A stretch of 64,000 bases of DNA from an uncultured Chthonomonadaceae bacterium (GCA_963835065.1 CAWIEK010000003.1:128001-192000); one strand, 5' to 3'; shown: positions 30,580-40,890, counted from the stretch's first letter. A program made the numbers and translations. Notes: generated from the letters alone by a model not told the origin.

Positions 30580-33306
30580 TCAGGGAACCTGAACGATAAA
30601 GTCCGCCGTCAGCGGCTTTCCCTTATGCTTAAACTGACCCCATATCTTGTACACGCCGGGGCGCGGAAATTTGGCATGGAAAACGATGTTCGGCCCGAAA
30701 CGCTCCCCGCCCATTTCGGTCGGGTGCGAATGGAGATAGTTTTGGGTGTCTTCACTTAAAATGACGCAGTGCCCGCCCGCGCCTAAAAATGGTTCCACGT
30801 CGGTTAATGGCAAGCCATCTTTTGATAACGTGAAGGTCAGCGTGGTTTCGTCATTCACCTGGGGCGGATTGGGAGTCATTGTCAGGGCGACGCGGTAGGG
30901 TCCGAATATTCGCGCCTGCGCGGGCGTCACCAGAAGCGATTGGGGAGTAGGCACATTCCCGACAACCATAACCGGGATGCGAAACACCTGGTTGCGGTCT
31001 CCGGTTGGTGTACAATCGGCATATAAAACGTATTCGCCTCCATGCGGAAATATGTAATTCTCCAGTATCAGCGGGTCGCCGTCCTGTCGCGCTTTTGGGT
31101 GAACGTGATCGAAAAACGACAGGTCGCGGCTGGCAATAATCAGGTGCAGTTTTTTTGTATGTACCACATCCAGGCTGCTGACAGGCTTGCCATCGGCGCG
31201 GCGCGGCGTCAGTTGCAGAATCGTCTTCTGCCCGGCAACAGGCTGCGTAATGGGCCGCGTAAACTCGGCGCTGTTACGGTGTTCCGGTACAAACAGATTC
31301 ACGTCCATACGGTACGTGTCATCGTGCAGTTTGTCGGCGGGGCGGGGTGGCTTGTTGGGTACGAGCGCCATTTTGCACAAGAGGCAGGTTCCCGGCGCGT
31401 CCGCGCCCTGCGCGTCGTGCATGGGACAGACGAATTTGGCCGCAGAATGGGGCGCAGTGAATTTCCGGTCAATATAAGGCTCGAAGTCGGCAACCAGTGG
31501 CGGCGTTGTCCTTTCCGCTCCTTTGGGAACAACCAGCATTTGCATTTGAAACAGGGGCACATTGCGCAGGAAATTGGCGTAGCCCGTAAAGTGACAACTG
31601 CCCTTCACCAACTTTTCCGCCGTTAAATCCACCGCCGTCGTATCCGTTCCCACTTTCACGAGGGCAATCGCGCTGTCCTCCACAATCATTTGCTCTTTGT
31701 CGTTACCCTGATTGAGAACATACACGTCTATCTTCTGCGTGGCCGGGTCGTACACAAACTCGGCGCGATCCTTTCCCAACGGCGCGATCAACCCGCCATG
31801 CGGCGCGCTCAACGCCAGGTTGCCATAGCCCAGAAACCAGGGCAACCCCTCATTGTAATTGATAAGAAAGACGGATTCTATCAGCATCAGAATCGGGTAC
31901 ACCCAGGCGAGGACGCGAGGCAGGAAATTCGGTTGAGGGCTTTTAGTTGATAGTTGATAGTTGATAGTTGATAGGGATGGCGTGAAGGATGAAGTTGGTT
32001 CGGGCAGGATGGCGGCAGAAGTGGGCTGTGATTCCAGATGGCTTTGGGGCGCTGACGCCGGCCCTGCTTGTGCAGACGCTTGTTCCCGCTTCTGCTGTAT
32101 CAGGGCATCTTCAATCAGTTTTACCGCGCCGATGCACAACGCGAGTACGCCCATAACGGTATGGTGAATGTACACGCCCGCCGCGACATTGGCATACGGC
32201 GCGTTGGAATGGACGTGCGTAAACAGCAATCCCCCGCCCACTAAGGCGAATATCGCCATCATGCGGGCATGCAATTGACGATTTTCGATTTTTGATTTTT
32301 GATTTTCGGTTGTGGATTGTGGATTGTGGATTGTGGATAGCGCGTCGGGCGCATGGTTCATGGCGGGCGCATGGTTCATGGCGGGCGCATGGTTCATGGC
32401 GGGCGCATGGTTCATGGCGGGCGCAATGAATTGCGCCCCTACGCTTTTTCCTTTTTCCCTTTTCCTTTTTCCTTCCTCAATCCACATCCGCACCCCGTTC
32501 AGGCCGGCGAGGAGCATCAGAATGGCGTAGGTTTTGTGCATCAGCACTTCTTTGTCGGACCAGGGGCGGAAGGGGCGCACCTGATACAGCGGCCAGGCGT
32601 CCTGATCGCTGAAAATCATCAGGAACACGCCGCCGGAGAGCAGCAGCAGGGGCGCGAAACGGCGCAGGCGATCTCCCCATTTAGGCGAAATTTGATCCGT
32701 CAGCAGCATCAGCGCGAGAATCATCACCATCACGCCGAAAACGTGGTGCATTTTGTTGGAATAAAAGAGCGCGTCGGGGTCCTGCTTTTGCAGCAGCACG
32801 GCCATGTCTTCATGCGTGGCAAGGGGCAGCAGTCCCGCCGCATGAACGCCCGCGCCGTGATTGTACACCAGCATCGCGCCCTGATGCCCCGTATAAATCA
32901 GCATCCCGCAGGCCAGGATTGCCGTTACCAGGTACGCGGCCATCCAGCCCCGCTTTTTGCCCACGCCCAGGAACAGCCTCGCCGCCGTCAGGAACACGAA
33001 CGTCCAGCTTGTGATCGTCGCCAGCAGTTCGTGAAATTCCATCGGTTCCTGGGGAATGCCGTCGCGGGCGGCCCACACTTCCGCAAAGTTGCCCGCCACA
33101 AACGCGAAAAGGGTTGCTGTCGTGCCGATTAGCAGCAGGCTTTGCGCCGCCCACGCGAATCGCCGATCCTGCCGCGCAAAGCCGACCAGTTCCAGCAGCA
33201 CGGAAACCAGCAGCAGCACCAGGGGAAAATGTACCAGAGCGGGGTGCAGAAAGCCAAAAAATCGGGCGAGTTCCAATGCGGTAAATCCTTGAGAGGCATT
33301 AGGCAT
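30580..33306 (-). CDS. Multidomain membrane heavy-metal (copper?) protein: DUF2231 + His-rich TM region + CPMH metal-binding domain
   Basis: LHPALVHFP, GHQGAMLVYNHG, FVCPMH..CLLCKMAL, HTKKLHLII, FLGAGGH, YLHSHP. Confidence 0.8.
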   Translation of the reverse strand: MPNASQGFTALELARFFGFLHPALVHFPLVLLLVSVLLELVGFARQDRRFAWAAQSLLLIGTTATLFAFVAGNFAEVWAARDGIPQEPMEFHELLATITSWTFVFLTAARLFLGVGKKRGWMAAYLVTAILACGMLIYTGHQGAMLVYNHGAGVHAAGLLPLATHEDMAVLLQKQDPDALFYSNKMHHVFGVMVMILALMLLTDQISPKWGDRLRRFAPLLLLSGGVFLMIFSDQDAWPLYQVRPFRPWSDKEVLMHKTYAILMLLAGLNGVRMWIEEGKRKREKGKSVGAQFIAPAMNHAPAMNHAPAMNHAPAMNHAPDALSTIHNPQSTTENQKSKIENRQLHARMMAIFALVGGGLLFTHVHSNAPYANVAAGVYIHHTVMGVLALCIGAVKLIEDALIQQKREQASAQAGPASAPQSHLESQPTSAAILPEPTSSFTPSLSTINYQLSTKSPQPNFLPRVLAWVYPILMLIESVFLINYNEGLPWFLGYGNLALSAPHGGLIAPLGKDRAEFVYDPATQKIDVYVLNQGNDKEQMIVEDSAIALVKVGTDTTAVDLTAEKLVKGSCHFTGYANFLRNVPLFQMQMLVVPKGAERTTPPLVADFEPYIDRKFTAPHSAAKFVCPMHDAQGADAPGTCLLCKMALVPNKPPRPADKLHDDTYRMDVNLFVPEHRNSAEFTRPITQPVAGQKTILQLTPRRADGKPVSSLDVVHTKKLHLIIASRDLSFFDHVHPKARQDGDPLILENYIFPHGGEYVLYADCTPTGDRNQVFRIPVMVVGNVPTPQSLLVTPAQARIFGPYRVALTMTPNPPQVNDETTLTFTLSKDGLPLTDVEPFLGAGGHCVILSEDTQNYLHSHPTEMGGERFGPNIVFHAKFPRPGVYKIWGQFKHKGKPLTADFIVQVP
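32347..32442. repeat. In-frame 18-bp tandem repeat x4 plus GTAG-type REP inside the CDS
   Basis: GGGCGCATGGTTCATGGC x4 then GGGCGCAATGAATTGCGCCCCTAC; encodes VGAQFIAP(AMNHAP)4. Confidence 0.9.
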
Positions 33307-33362
33307 TAGGCATCAGATACAAGATAGAAAATAGAAGGTACTTGTGCCTAATGCCTAATGCC
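33295..33362. repeat. AGGCAT(T/C) heptamer inverted-arm element, copy 2
   Basis: Same arms and spacer as 24544-24633. Confidence 0.85.
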
Positions 33363-33794
33363 TTCCAAAAGCGCAATCGTTTGCAGCGCGTCGGGGCGGG
33401 GAACCTGGCGTATCTCGAAGCCGTTGGACAGACGAAAGGCGCGGCTGTCATGGAGATGAAAATTGGCCCAGTGGGCGGCGGACAGGCCGAAATGGTCGCG
33501 CAGAGTGGTATTTGCGCCATGCGCGAGCAGAACGCGCGTCACATCGGGATGCGCGTTACGGGCGGACATCATCAGGGGCGTATCGCCAAAACGATCCCGC
33601 GCGTTAATGTTCGCGCCCCGGTCAAGCCAGTACGCGGCTTCCTGCGCCTGCCCATCGCTTGCGGCCTGCGCCAGATGCGCGCTTGCATACGCGGCGCAGC
33701 AGGCGCGGCCAAGCGTACACCACGCCAACGCTGCCAGCAAAACGACCAAGCCTGCCCGCAAGGGAAGAGAGGTTTTCACGCCGTTAGTAACCAT
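33348..33794 (-). CDS. Secreted ankyrin-repeat protein
   Basis: Signal peptide; LDRGANINARDRFGDTPLMMSA, LLAHGAN. Confidence 0.85.
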   Translation of the reverse strand: MVTNGVKTSLPLRAGLVVLLAALAWCTLGRACCAAYASAHLAQAASDGQAQEAAYWLDRGANINARDRFGDTPLMMSARNAHPDVTRVLLAHGANTTLRDHFGLSAAHWANFHLHDSRAFRLSNGFEIRQVPRPDALQTIALLEGIRH

Positions 33795-34221
33795 GCTCTG
33801 ATTTCTCCACAAGTTGAGGAACGCGCGAGTACGTCCTCAATACCCTTGTTCTGCTATGCAAGTATAGCAGAAAACCTTTCTGCTATAAAAGTAAAAATGG
33901 GGCAAAAATAACAACTTTCGCAAGGGAACAATCCTAATTTTCCTGCCGTATGGCAATCTACGTAGTAAGCTTTCCACCCATCCGCATAGCTTCCGTTTTT
34001 CCTGCAAGCGCCGACGCAATTCCTCTTCGGCGCGACACCTGGTCTTCCGTTTTTCCCAGCCAATTTGAAAGACGTATCAACACATTCGTTCGCGTTTCCC
34101 GGCGCGAACGCCGATAATGACGCCAGCAAAGAATGCAGCGTGGCATTCCCAATTGCGCGCCTGATCGTGCGCCGAGAAACGGCGCGGCCATCGGCAGCCG
34201 GCGTCACAGGAGTATTTTGAC

Positions 34222-35160
34222 ATGACACAAACCTTGCATCCTCAGACATGGCATCCGCGAACATTACATTCTCAGAAATCCGCAGGCGCAAACGCCGCTC
34301 CTTTCGTCAGGGAAAGCGCCGATGTTTTGCCTGCCCGCTCAAACCTTGAACTTCAACCCGCAACCCAGGTTCTGATGTGCGCGCCTACCGCGTATGCCCT
34401 CAAGTACGAAATCAACCCGTGGATGCGGCTGGAAAACGCGCCGGACATTCCGCTCGCCGTACAGCAGTGGCATGAACTGTACCGCATATTGACCGCAGAC
34501 GTTGGCGTTACGGCCCATGTTGTGCCGCAGGCTGATAATGCGCCAGACATGGTATTTACCGCCAATGCAGGGCTTGCGCGCGGAAAAACGGCGCTGCTGT
34601 CCAACTTCCGGCATCCGCAGCGGCAGGTGGAAGAACCGCATTTTCAGGCTTGGTTCGAGGCGCAGGGCTATACCGTGCTGCTTCCGCCGCGTGAATACAA
34701 GTTCGAAGGCGAGGGCGATGCGCTGTTTGCGGGCGATAGGCTGATTGCCGGGTACGCGAAGCGCAGCGACATTGGCGCGCACCACTGGATGGCTGAGGCG
34801 CTGAACGTGTCCGTGCTGTCGCTCGAACTGGTGGATGACCGCTGGTATCATCTTGACACGTGCCTGTTCCCGCTGACGCCGGAAACGGTTGTGTATTATC
34901 CCGGCGCGTTCAATGCGTATGGACAGCGGGCTATCACAAGCGCCTTCGACACGATTGAAGTGAATCAAGAGGAAGCGCTGCGGTTCGCGTGTAATGCGGT
35001 TGTTGTCGGCTCACACGTTGTTTTGCCGTCCGGCTGCCCGCGCTTGACCCGCGCCCTGACCGAGCGCGGCTGCACCGTTCACAGCGCCGAGTTGTCCGAA
35101 TTCCTGAAAGCGGGCGGCGCGGCAAAATGCCTGACGCTGCTGCTAAATCCACGCCTATAG
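34222..35160 (+). CDS. Amidinotransferase/DDAH (pentein) family protein
   Basis: YEINPWM, PDMVFTANAG, FEGEGD, YHLDTC, EFLKAGGAAKCLTL. Confidence 0.9.
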   Translation: MTQTLHPQTWHPRTLHSQKSAGANAAPFVRESADVLPARSNLELQPATQVLMCAPTAYALKYEINPWMRLENAPDIPLAVQQWHELYRILTADVGVTAHVVPQADNAPDMVFTANAGLARGKTALLSNFRHPQRQVEEPHFQAWFEAQGYTVLLPPREYKFEGEGDALFAGDRLIAGYAKRSDIGAHHWMAEALNVSVLSLELVDDRWYHLDTCLFPLTPETVVYYPGAFNAYGQRAITSAFDTIEVNQEEALRFACNAVVVGSHVVLPSGCPRLTRALTERGCTVHSAELSEFLKAGGAAKCLTLLLNPRL

Positions 35161-35192
35161 CCTTTTGAGCCTTTCCCACAGGCGCGGCATTT

Positions 35193-35387
35193 GCGTCCGC
35201 AGGACGCTTGACCTTTCCTGCCGGTGTTTTCAACGCCTGCTGTGAAATTGGCTTTTCCTGTTTGTTGCCGGGTACTGAAAGTACCCGGCAGGACAAAACA
35301 AGCGTCTTTCAGACGCGATGCTCTAGTCACAAATTCCCGCGTCCGTAGGACGCTTGACCTTTCCTGCCGGGATTTTCAATCCCCGGC
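35193..35387. repeat. BIME-like cluster of three double-hairpin units
   Basis: GCGTCCGYAGGACGC-TTGACCTTTCCT-GCCGG.. at 35193 and 35339; inverted variant at 35267-35316. Confidence 0.8.
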
Positions 35388-35436
35388 CAATTGGGAGAGG
35401 CTCTTAAAAAGAACGAGAAAAGAACGAGCGGCGCGG

Positions 35437-38019
35437 TCACTTTTTCATCAAGCCCTGACGGGCATCGTTGGCGCATGGGCCGTTGGGAGAAAGCCGCAGC
35501 GTGGTCTGCCATTCGGCGCGCGCCTCCTCCTTTTGCCCCATCTTGTACAGCGCTTCCGCCAGGTTGAGGTGGGGCGTCGGGTCATTCGGAACGAGCCGGA
35601 GCGCGATGCGGCACTGTTCGGCGGAAAGTTCCTGTTGATTCAACTCGCCGTAAGCGTAACTCAGGGACACATGCGCGGCTTCATCGTAAGGGTTGAGTTG
35701 GAGCGCCTTCAGCCCCGCCGCGATGGACGGCTTGAACTGCTTCATTTCCGCAAGCACTCCACACAACAGCGAGTACCCCTCAGCGGACATCGGACTGAGC
35801 GCAATCGCGCTTTTCAGTTCTTTAGCGGATTCGGGAAAGCGCTTCGCTTCCAGCATGATTTTTGCCAGCCCGAAATGGACGTTTGCCTCATCGAGATCGG
35901 TCAAAGGATAGGCAAGGGTTTGGCGTAACTGCTTTTCCGCTTCCGCCATCTGCCGGTCTTCCTTGAGCGCCCACCCCAGGCGCAAATGCGCGTGTCCCCA
36001 ATTGGGAGCCAGGCGCAAGGCTTCCTGATACTCCTTGACGCCATCGCGGTAGCGGCCCCGGCGAACCAGATGCTCGGCCAGATCGAAATGGGCGGGGGCA
36101 TCGTTGGGACGGAGGGCGACAACCGTTTTGTATTCGCCCGTCGCCAGCGCGTCCAGATGGAGCGCTTCATAGCAGGCGGCGAGATCGAAATGCGCCTGCG
36201 CGTTGTTGGGTTCGCGCGCAACCGTCGCCTGCTCCTCGTCTTTCATTCGGGCGTACATGGTGGCGGCCTGCGATTGACAGCCCGCCTCCTTCAAATCCCA
36301 GGCGATGCGGCGGCGGGCGGCCATTGTTTTCAAGGGCGCGTCCACGGCAATGTCGGCCACTTTTTGCAGATCGGACGGACTGCCGCCCCACTTTTCCTGA
36401 AACATTTGCAGGCCCCAGGCGTGTACATCCGGGTCGGACTTGTCCAATTCTACCGCTTTCCAGTAACATTCTTCCGCCCACATCTTGCCGCCGGAAAAGG
36501 TTCCGGCTTCTGCCGCCGCAAGCCACGCGGCTCCGTTTTGCGGGTCTACTTCCGTTGCTTTTCGCGCCGCCTGCGCCTGCGCGACGTACAAACCGTTCAG
36601 CTGCCGCCATTCCGATTCGGCCAGTTGCCTTGCCCCGCGCCCGTAGCGAATGTCGTTGGCGATATGCGCAAGCGTGGTCGCCTGTCCCAGCCAGGCATTT
36701 ACATTATGCGGCGAAACGCGGGTAGCCCGCGTAATGGCGCTGTATTCCGTTCGTCTGTCGCCCACAACCCGCGCAAGCCGCGCGCTCGCGCCCATGGCAA
36801 GGTAATTGTTCGGATAGCGCTCCGCATTGCGGGAAACGGCTTTGGCAATTTCCCGCGGCATCAACTGTGCCACAATCGCAAGTTCCGACAGCGCAATGCC
36901 GTTGTCTTTACCCTGCTGAAGCAGCGTTTGCGCGATCTGCCTTGCCGCGTTCGTATCCTCCATGAAGTGATTGGTAAGCAGCAGGATGATTCCCGCCGGA
37001 GCCAGGCGGGGCGCAAGGTCGCGCGCTGTTTGCGTTTGCTGCGGCGTCAGGCCGTCCTCGCCCGTCCACGGCAATCCGCCCAACGCCGCCAGGTCATTAC
37101 CATTTGCGCCAATGGCAGACAAATTCGCCGGATTATGAACGCCCACAGCCTGCGCGATCTGCCGGCCCAACTGCGGCAATCCGGCGGCAATCTGATCCTG
37201 CGTACCGGACAGCGTGAGCGGACTGCCGACAGGCTTGCCGTCAGGAACCGAGAAAACTTGATAGGTGAGAACGCAATGGGAAGCATCGCCCGTGATTTGC
37301 CCCGAAGCCGCATGCGTTACGCCCAAAATGTTGTACAAAGCGGGCGCATCGGCAGGCGAAATCTGATAATTAGCGCGTTTGGCGCGCGTTTCAAATCGAG
37401 TAGCGCTGAACCATGTGGGAGTACGGCCCATTTCCGGCAGCCCGCCCACCGCATAGTTCAGCCACCGGGCGCAGCCGGCTCCAAACGCCGTTAGTGGCGC
37501 ATCATTGCCATCCGGCTTCGGTTCGCCGATAGTAATTCCCGGTTCCAGCGCGACAGGGGCTTTGGGATCAATTTTGGGCATTGGAAGCGATTTCAGGCTG
37601 ACAGGAGGAATTGCTTTTGGAGCGGCAGCCGAAGACAATGGTTTTGCAGCGCCGGCAGCGTGGCTACTTTGCGCGGAAACAGGCGGAGCCTCATTATCGT
37701 CCGCGCCATGCTGCAAGGGCGGGGCATTAGTGACTACACCCGCTGCCTCCTTGTTGTCGGCAAGGGAAGAATTCGCGGGCAAAGCAGCGTTCGGCGCATT
37801 GCCTTTCGCTGCCGCGCCAGTCTGCGGTGAGGAACTCCCGGCGATATTTTGATGCGGCAATTGAATAGGCTTGGAAAAATCGTCTTCGCTATTGTTATGG
37901 CAGCCGGCAATCGCTAACCCACAGGCGAGACTCAACGCCGTAAACCCGATTTTCTTCCATGAATAAGAACCTGAATAAGAACCGGCTGTCGGCAGGAAAC
38001 GAGAAGAACCTACGCGCAT
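35437..38019 (-). CDS. TPR-repeat lipoprotein
   Basis: Lipobox IAGC; Pro/Ala linker; many C-terminal TPRs (PNNAQAHFDLA etc.). Confidence 0.85.
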   Translation of the reverse strand: MRVGSSRFLPTAGSYSGSYSWKKIGFTALSLACGLAIAGCHNNSEDDFSKPIQLPHQNIAGSSSPQTGAAAKGNAPNAALPANSSLADNKEAAGVVTNAPPLQHGADDNEAPPVSAQSSHAAGAAKPLSSAAAPKAIPPVSLKSLPMPKIDPKAPVALEPGITIGEPKPDGNDAPLTAFGAGCARWLNYAVGGLPEMGRTPTWFSATRFETRAKRANYQISPADAPALYNILGVTHAASGQITGDASHCVLTYQVFSVPDGKPVGSPLTLSGTQDQIAAGLPQLGRQIAQAVGVHNPANLSAIGANGNDLAALGGLPWTGEDGLTPQQTQTARDLAPRLAPAGIILLLTNHFMEDTNAARQIAQTLLQQGKDNGIALSELAIVAQLMPREIAKAVSRNAERYPNNYLAMGASARLARVVGDRRTEYSAITRATRVSPHNVNAWLGQATTLAHIANDIRYGRGARQLAESEWRQLNGLYVAQAQAARKATEVDPQNGAAWLAAAEAGTFSGGKMWAEECYWKAVELDKSDPDVHAWGLQMFQEKWGGSPSDLQKVADIAVDAPLKTMAARRRIAWDLKEAGCQSQAATMYARMKDEEQATVAREPNNAQAHFDLAACYEALHLDALATGEYKTVVALRPNDAPAHFDLAEHLVRRGRYRDGVKEYQEALRLAPNWGHAHLRLGWALKEDRQMAEAEKQLRQTLAYPLTDLDEANVHFGLAKIMLEAKRFPESAKELKSAIALSPMSAEGYSLLCGVLAEMKQFKPSIAAGLKALQLNPYDEAAHVSLSYAYGELNQQELSAEQCRIALRLVPNDPTPHLNLAEALYKMGQKEEARAEWQTTLRLSPNGPCANDARQGLMKK

Positions 38020-38058
38020 GTAAATTGTCCTCCGAGCGTATCATAAAGCATGTTTGTA

Positions 38059-39403
38059 TCAGGGTTTGGCAGGAGCGGGGTGGTCTTGCATTTTTTGCAG
38101 CCCGGTTTTCACGCCGTCGAGCAGGGTTGGGCCGAACTGGTCGCCGTAAAACGACATGACCGCCTCGTATTTGCCCGCTTTGTATTGGGGCGGCGTCAGG
38201 GCGTAGGCGAGCCAATCATTGACAAGCGCGACAACAGCAGGCGTTTTGTAACCGGCCTGCCGCGCCATTGCTTTCGCCGCCAGCCCCACATCGCCCGTTG
38301 GTTCGCAGGGAAAGCCTATCAGCAGCAGGTCGCCCACGCGCACAAAATTGATCTGCGTTTCCGTCGGCATCAGGGCGTTGACAAGGTCTTTGGACTGCGA
38401 TATGGACGCGCCCATTTGCGCGGCTGCGAGGAAAAACAGGGCGTTGGGCTTGCGCGGCGGCAGGGCAACGGTCTGCGTCCACATCGCAAGCGGCATTTCC
38501 CCGGCTGTGGCTGCGCCCGCCAATTGCTCCAAAACGCGCTTGCCCATCCGATGCCCATAGGTGGACACTTTGGCGTCACCCGATGCGACATCATCAACCC
38601 CGTTGGGCGAAGCGTCTCCTTCCGCGCCGTTGAGGAACAGGCACACGCCCGCGCCGTTCGCTTCCCCTTTCGCGCCCGCGCTTTCCACATCCCCGGTCAT
38701 CACGCCCGGCCAGTCGGCGGATATGTCCATCATTTTATCATCGTACAGCGTGGGATGCGCGGCGAAGTTGACGATTGCCGCCAGAGGCTTACCATCGGAG
38801 ATTTGCGTCACTTTCAAGACGGTCAAAGCGGGGTCAACAGTCGGGTCGCCCCGCCGGTTGCGGTTGGCTCCCGTCGCGTCCTCCGTCTTCACGCCCACAG
38901 AAACCGGAACCATACCCTTGACAGCCTGGGCGATGACTTTTGCGATTTGCGCGGCGGTGAAGTCCAGCAGTTTGGCGTCGAACGGCGTCCAGCCTTTCAG
39001 GTTGGTAAACGTGTTGCCCGTGTGCATGGCAAGTGGGTCAGGCGCGGTATGCGTGTGCGTTGCCGCCAGAAACAAATGCGCGGCGTCAACGCTCGTTTCC
39101 CCGTCCATTTTCAAGTGTTTCAGCGTTTCCGTTTTCACGCTTGCCGGCACAAAGCACAAATCCAGCGATACGACAACAACGGTCGCCTTGCCGTCCGAAA
39201 GCGCCAATGCCCGCGCATACACCGGGATCATGCACCCCCGTTGCCCGCGCCGCTTTCCGCGCCGCATACCCGCCGAGTGGAACCGCGTTCGCCTTCACGT
39301 CCGGTGTAATGTCCACCTTCGCCGCCCCGCCCCTGAGTTCCGCCCGCGCCGTGAGGGCAGAGAACACTATCACCACAGAGACACAGAGACACAGAGGGGT
39401 CAC
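38059..39403 (-). CDS. Neutral/alkaline ceramidase N-terminal-domain family protein (frameshift near 39225; start uncertain)
   Basis: GAAKVDITP..PLGGY..GVHDP | VYARALAL, ATHTHTAP, NFAAHPT, ISADWPG, NGAEGD. Confidence 0.8.
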
Positions 39404-39552
39404 AGAGAGAATACGAGAGGAATCAAAACCAAGCGAAAAAGCCCGGTTTGTATTGATGTGATTTATTCCCTTTCGTTGTCGCGTTCCCCTCTCTCTCCCC
39501 TCTCCCCCGTTTTTCTCTGTGAATCCTCTGTGTCTCTGTGTCTCTGTGGTGA
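39370..39552. repeat. Hairpin element B: 39-bp inverted arms of CACAGAGA repeats
   Basis: 39370-39408 vs 39514-39552, 2 mismatches. Confidence 0.9.
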
Positions 39553-39601
39553 AAGTTGTCTTGCATAGTTTTGTTACTCTTCTCGCATGATGTGCAGTTT
39601 T

Positions 39602-40609
39602 TTAGCCGACAGTCACTGTTAGCCCTGCTTGCGGCTTGGGAACCAGCAGGCGTTCCGCGCCCGCTGCGGTCAGGGCCGCGCCGACGGTTTGCGGATCGTG
39701 GGTCAGGGCGAGAATGGTTCCGCCGCCGCCTGCGCCTGCCAGTTTCGCGCCATACGCGCCGGCTGCGCGGGCCGTATTGATAAGATGCTCGTTAGCCGGG
39801 CCGGAGCCGCCGAGCGCGGCGACAAGGGCGTGATTTTCATTCATCAATGCGCCCAAATCCTGCCAGCGCTGTTCGACAAGGGCGCGTTTGCCCAATCGCG
39901 CCAGTTGCGCAATGCGAACGTAACTGTCGCGCACAAGGGTTTCGCCGGCCAGCCAGCGTTCGCGGGGCGATTTATGGACGGTTCCCGAATGGTGCTGTAT
40001 GCCCGTGTGCGCAAGAAGCAACGGAGGCGCGTTCAATGCTTCGCCCATCCAGAGCGACAGCGGTTCTACGGTGACAAGCGGTTCCTCGTCGCGCTGTTCC
40101 AGTTGTTCCTTGCCCGCGCAGTCCATGAAATTCAGGCCACCGAAAACCGCCATGTGCTGATCCTGCAAGCCGCACACGATGCCCATAACGCGCGATTCGA
40201 TTTTGCGGGTGGTTTCCGCAAGCGCGTAGCGGTTCAGGTTCAATTGTAAATACGCATCAAGCGCGCCCACAATCGCCGCCAGCATTGCGGTAGAACCGGC
40301 TAATCCCGCCCGCATGGGAATATCGGTTTTCAAATGCAGATGAAAACGCTGCTGCTGCGGGTCAATCTGAAAGTACGTGAGCGCGGCGCGGGCAATGTCG
40401 AGTTTGTCGCCCTGCGCGGCAAAATCCGCCTGTGTTCGTACAATGGCCTGCTCATCTTCATTGGTCAGAACAAGAGTGTCCGCAGAGGGCGCTAACCGGC
40501 ACTCCGCCCGCTCCTGCGTAGTGCAGGAAACAACGCAACCCCCGTACATATCGGTCGGATTGCCGATCAGCCCACACCGCCCCGGCGCAGTAGCTATGAT
40601 TTCCGTCAC
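39602..40609 (-). CDS. GHMP-family sugar kinase
   Basis: APGRCGLIGNPTD, IPMRAGLAGS, CGLQDQ, GAKLAGAGGGG. Confidence 0.9.
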   Translation of the reverse strand: MTEIIATAPGRCGLIGNPTDMYGGCVVSCTTQERAECRLAPSADTLVLTNEDEQAIVRTQADFAAQGDKLDIARAALTYFQIDPQQQRFHLHLKTDIPMRAGLAGSTAMLAAIVGALDAYLQLNLNRYALAETTRKIESRVMGIVCGLQDQHMAVFGGLNFMDCAGKEQLEQRDEEPLVTVEPLSLWMGEALNAPPLLLAHTGIQHHSGTVHKSPRERWLAGETLVRDSYVRIAQLARLGKRALVEQRWQDLGALMNENHALVAALGGSGPANEHLINTARAAGAYGAKLAGAGGGGTILALTHDPQTVGAALTAAGAERLLVPKPQAGLTVTVG

Positions 40610-40890
40610 CCGTTGCTCTCCTTACATGCTGGTGTTCAGGTATTCGGTGTTCAGGTGTTGGGTATTGGGCTTCTGTCTTCTGTCTTTTGTCTTATCCCTT
40701 ACCACTTACCTCTTCATCACTAATTTCGCCAAAACACTGCCGGGTTCCTACGGGTTTTCATTTCTTTATGCTACAATAACACAACAAGGAATAAGGGATA
40801 AGTAGGCATCAGGCATCAGGCATCAGCCGAACACCGAATACCTGAATACCTGAATACCGCACACCTGAACACCGAAAGGAATTGACTTAA

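Noticed and set aside
33900..34221. Guanidine or other riboswitch upstream of the amidinotransferase
   Set aside because: I could not find ykkC or mini-ykkC consensus motifs by eye; an Rfam scan would settle it.
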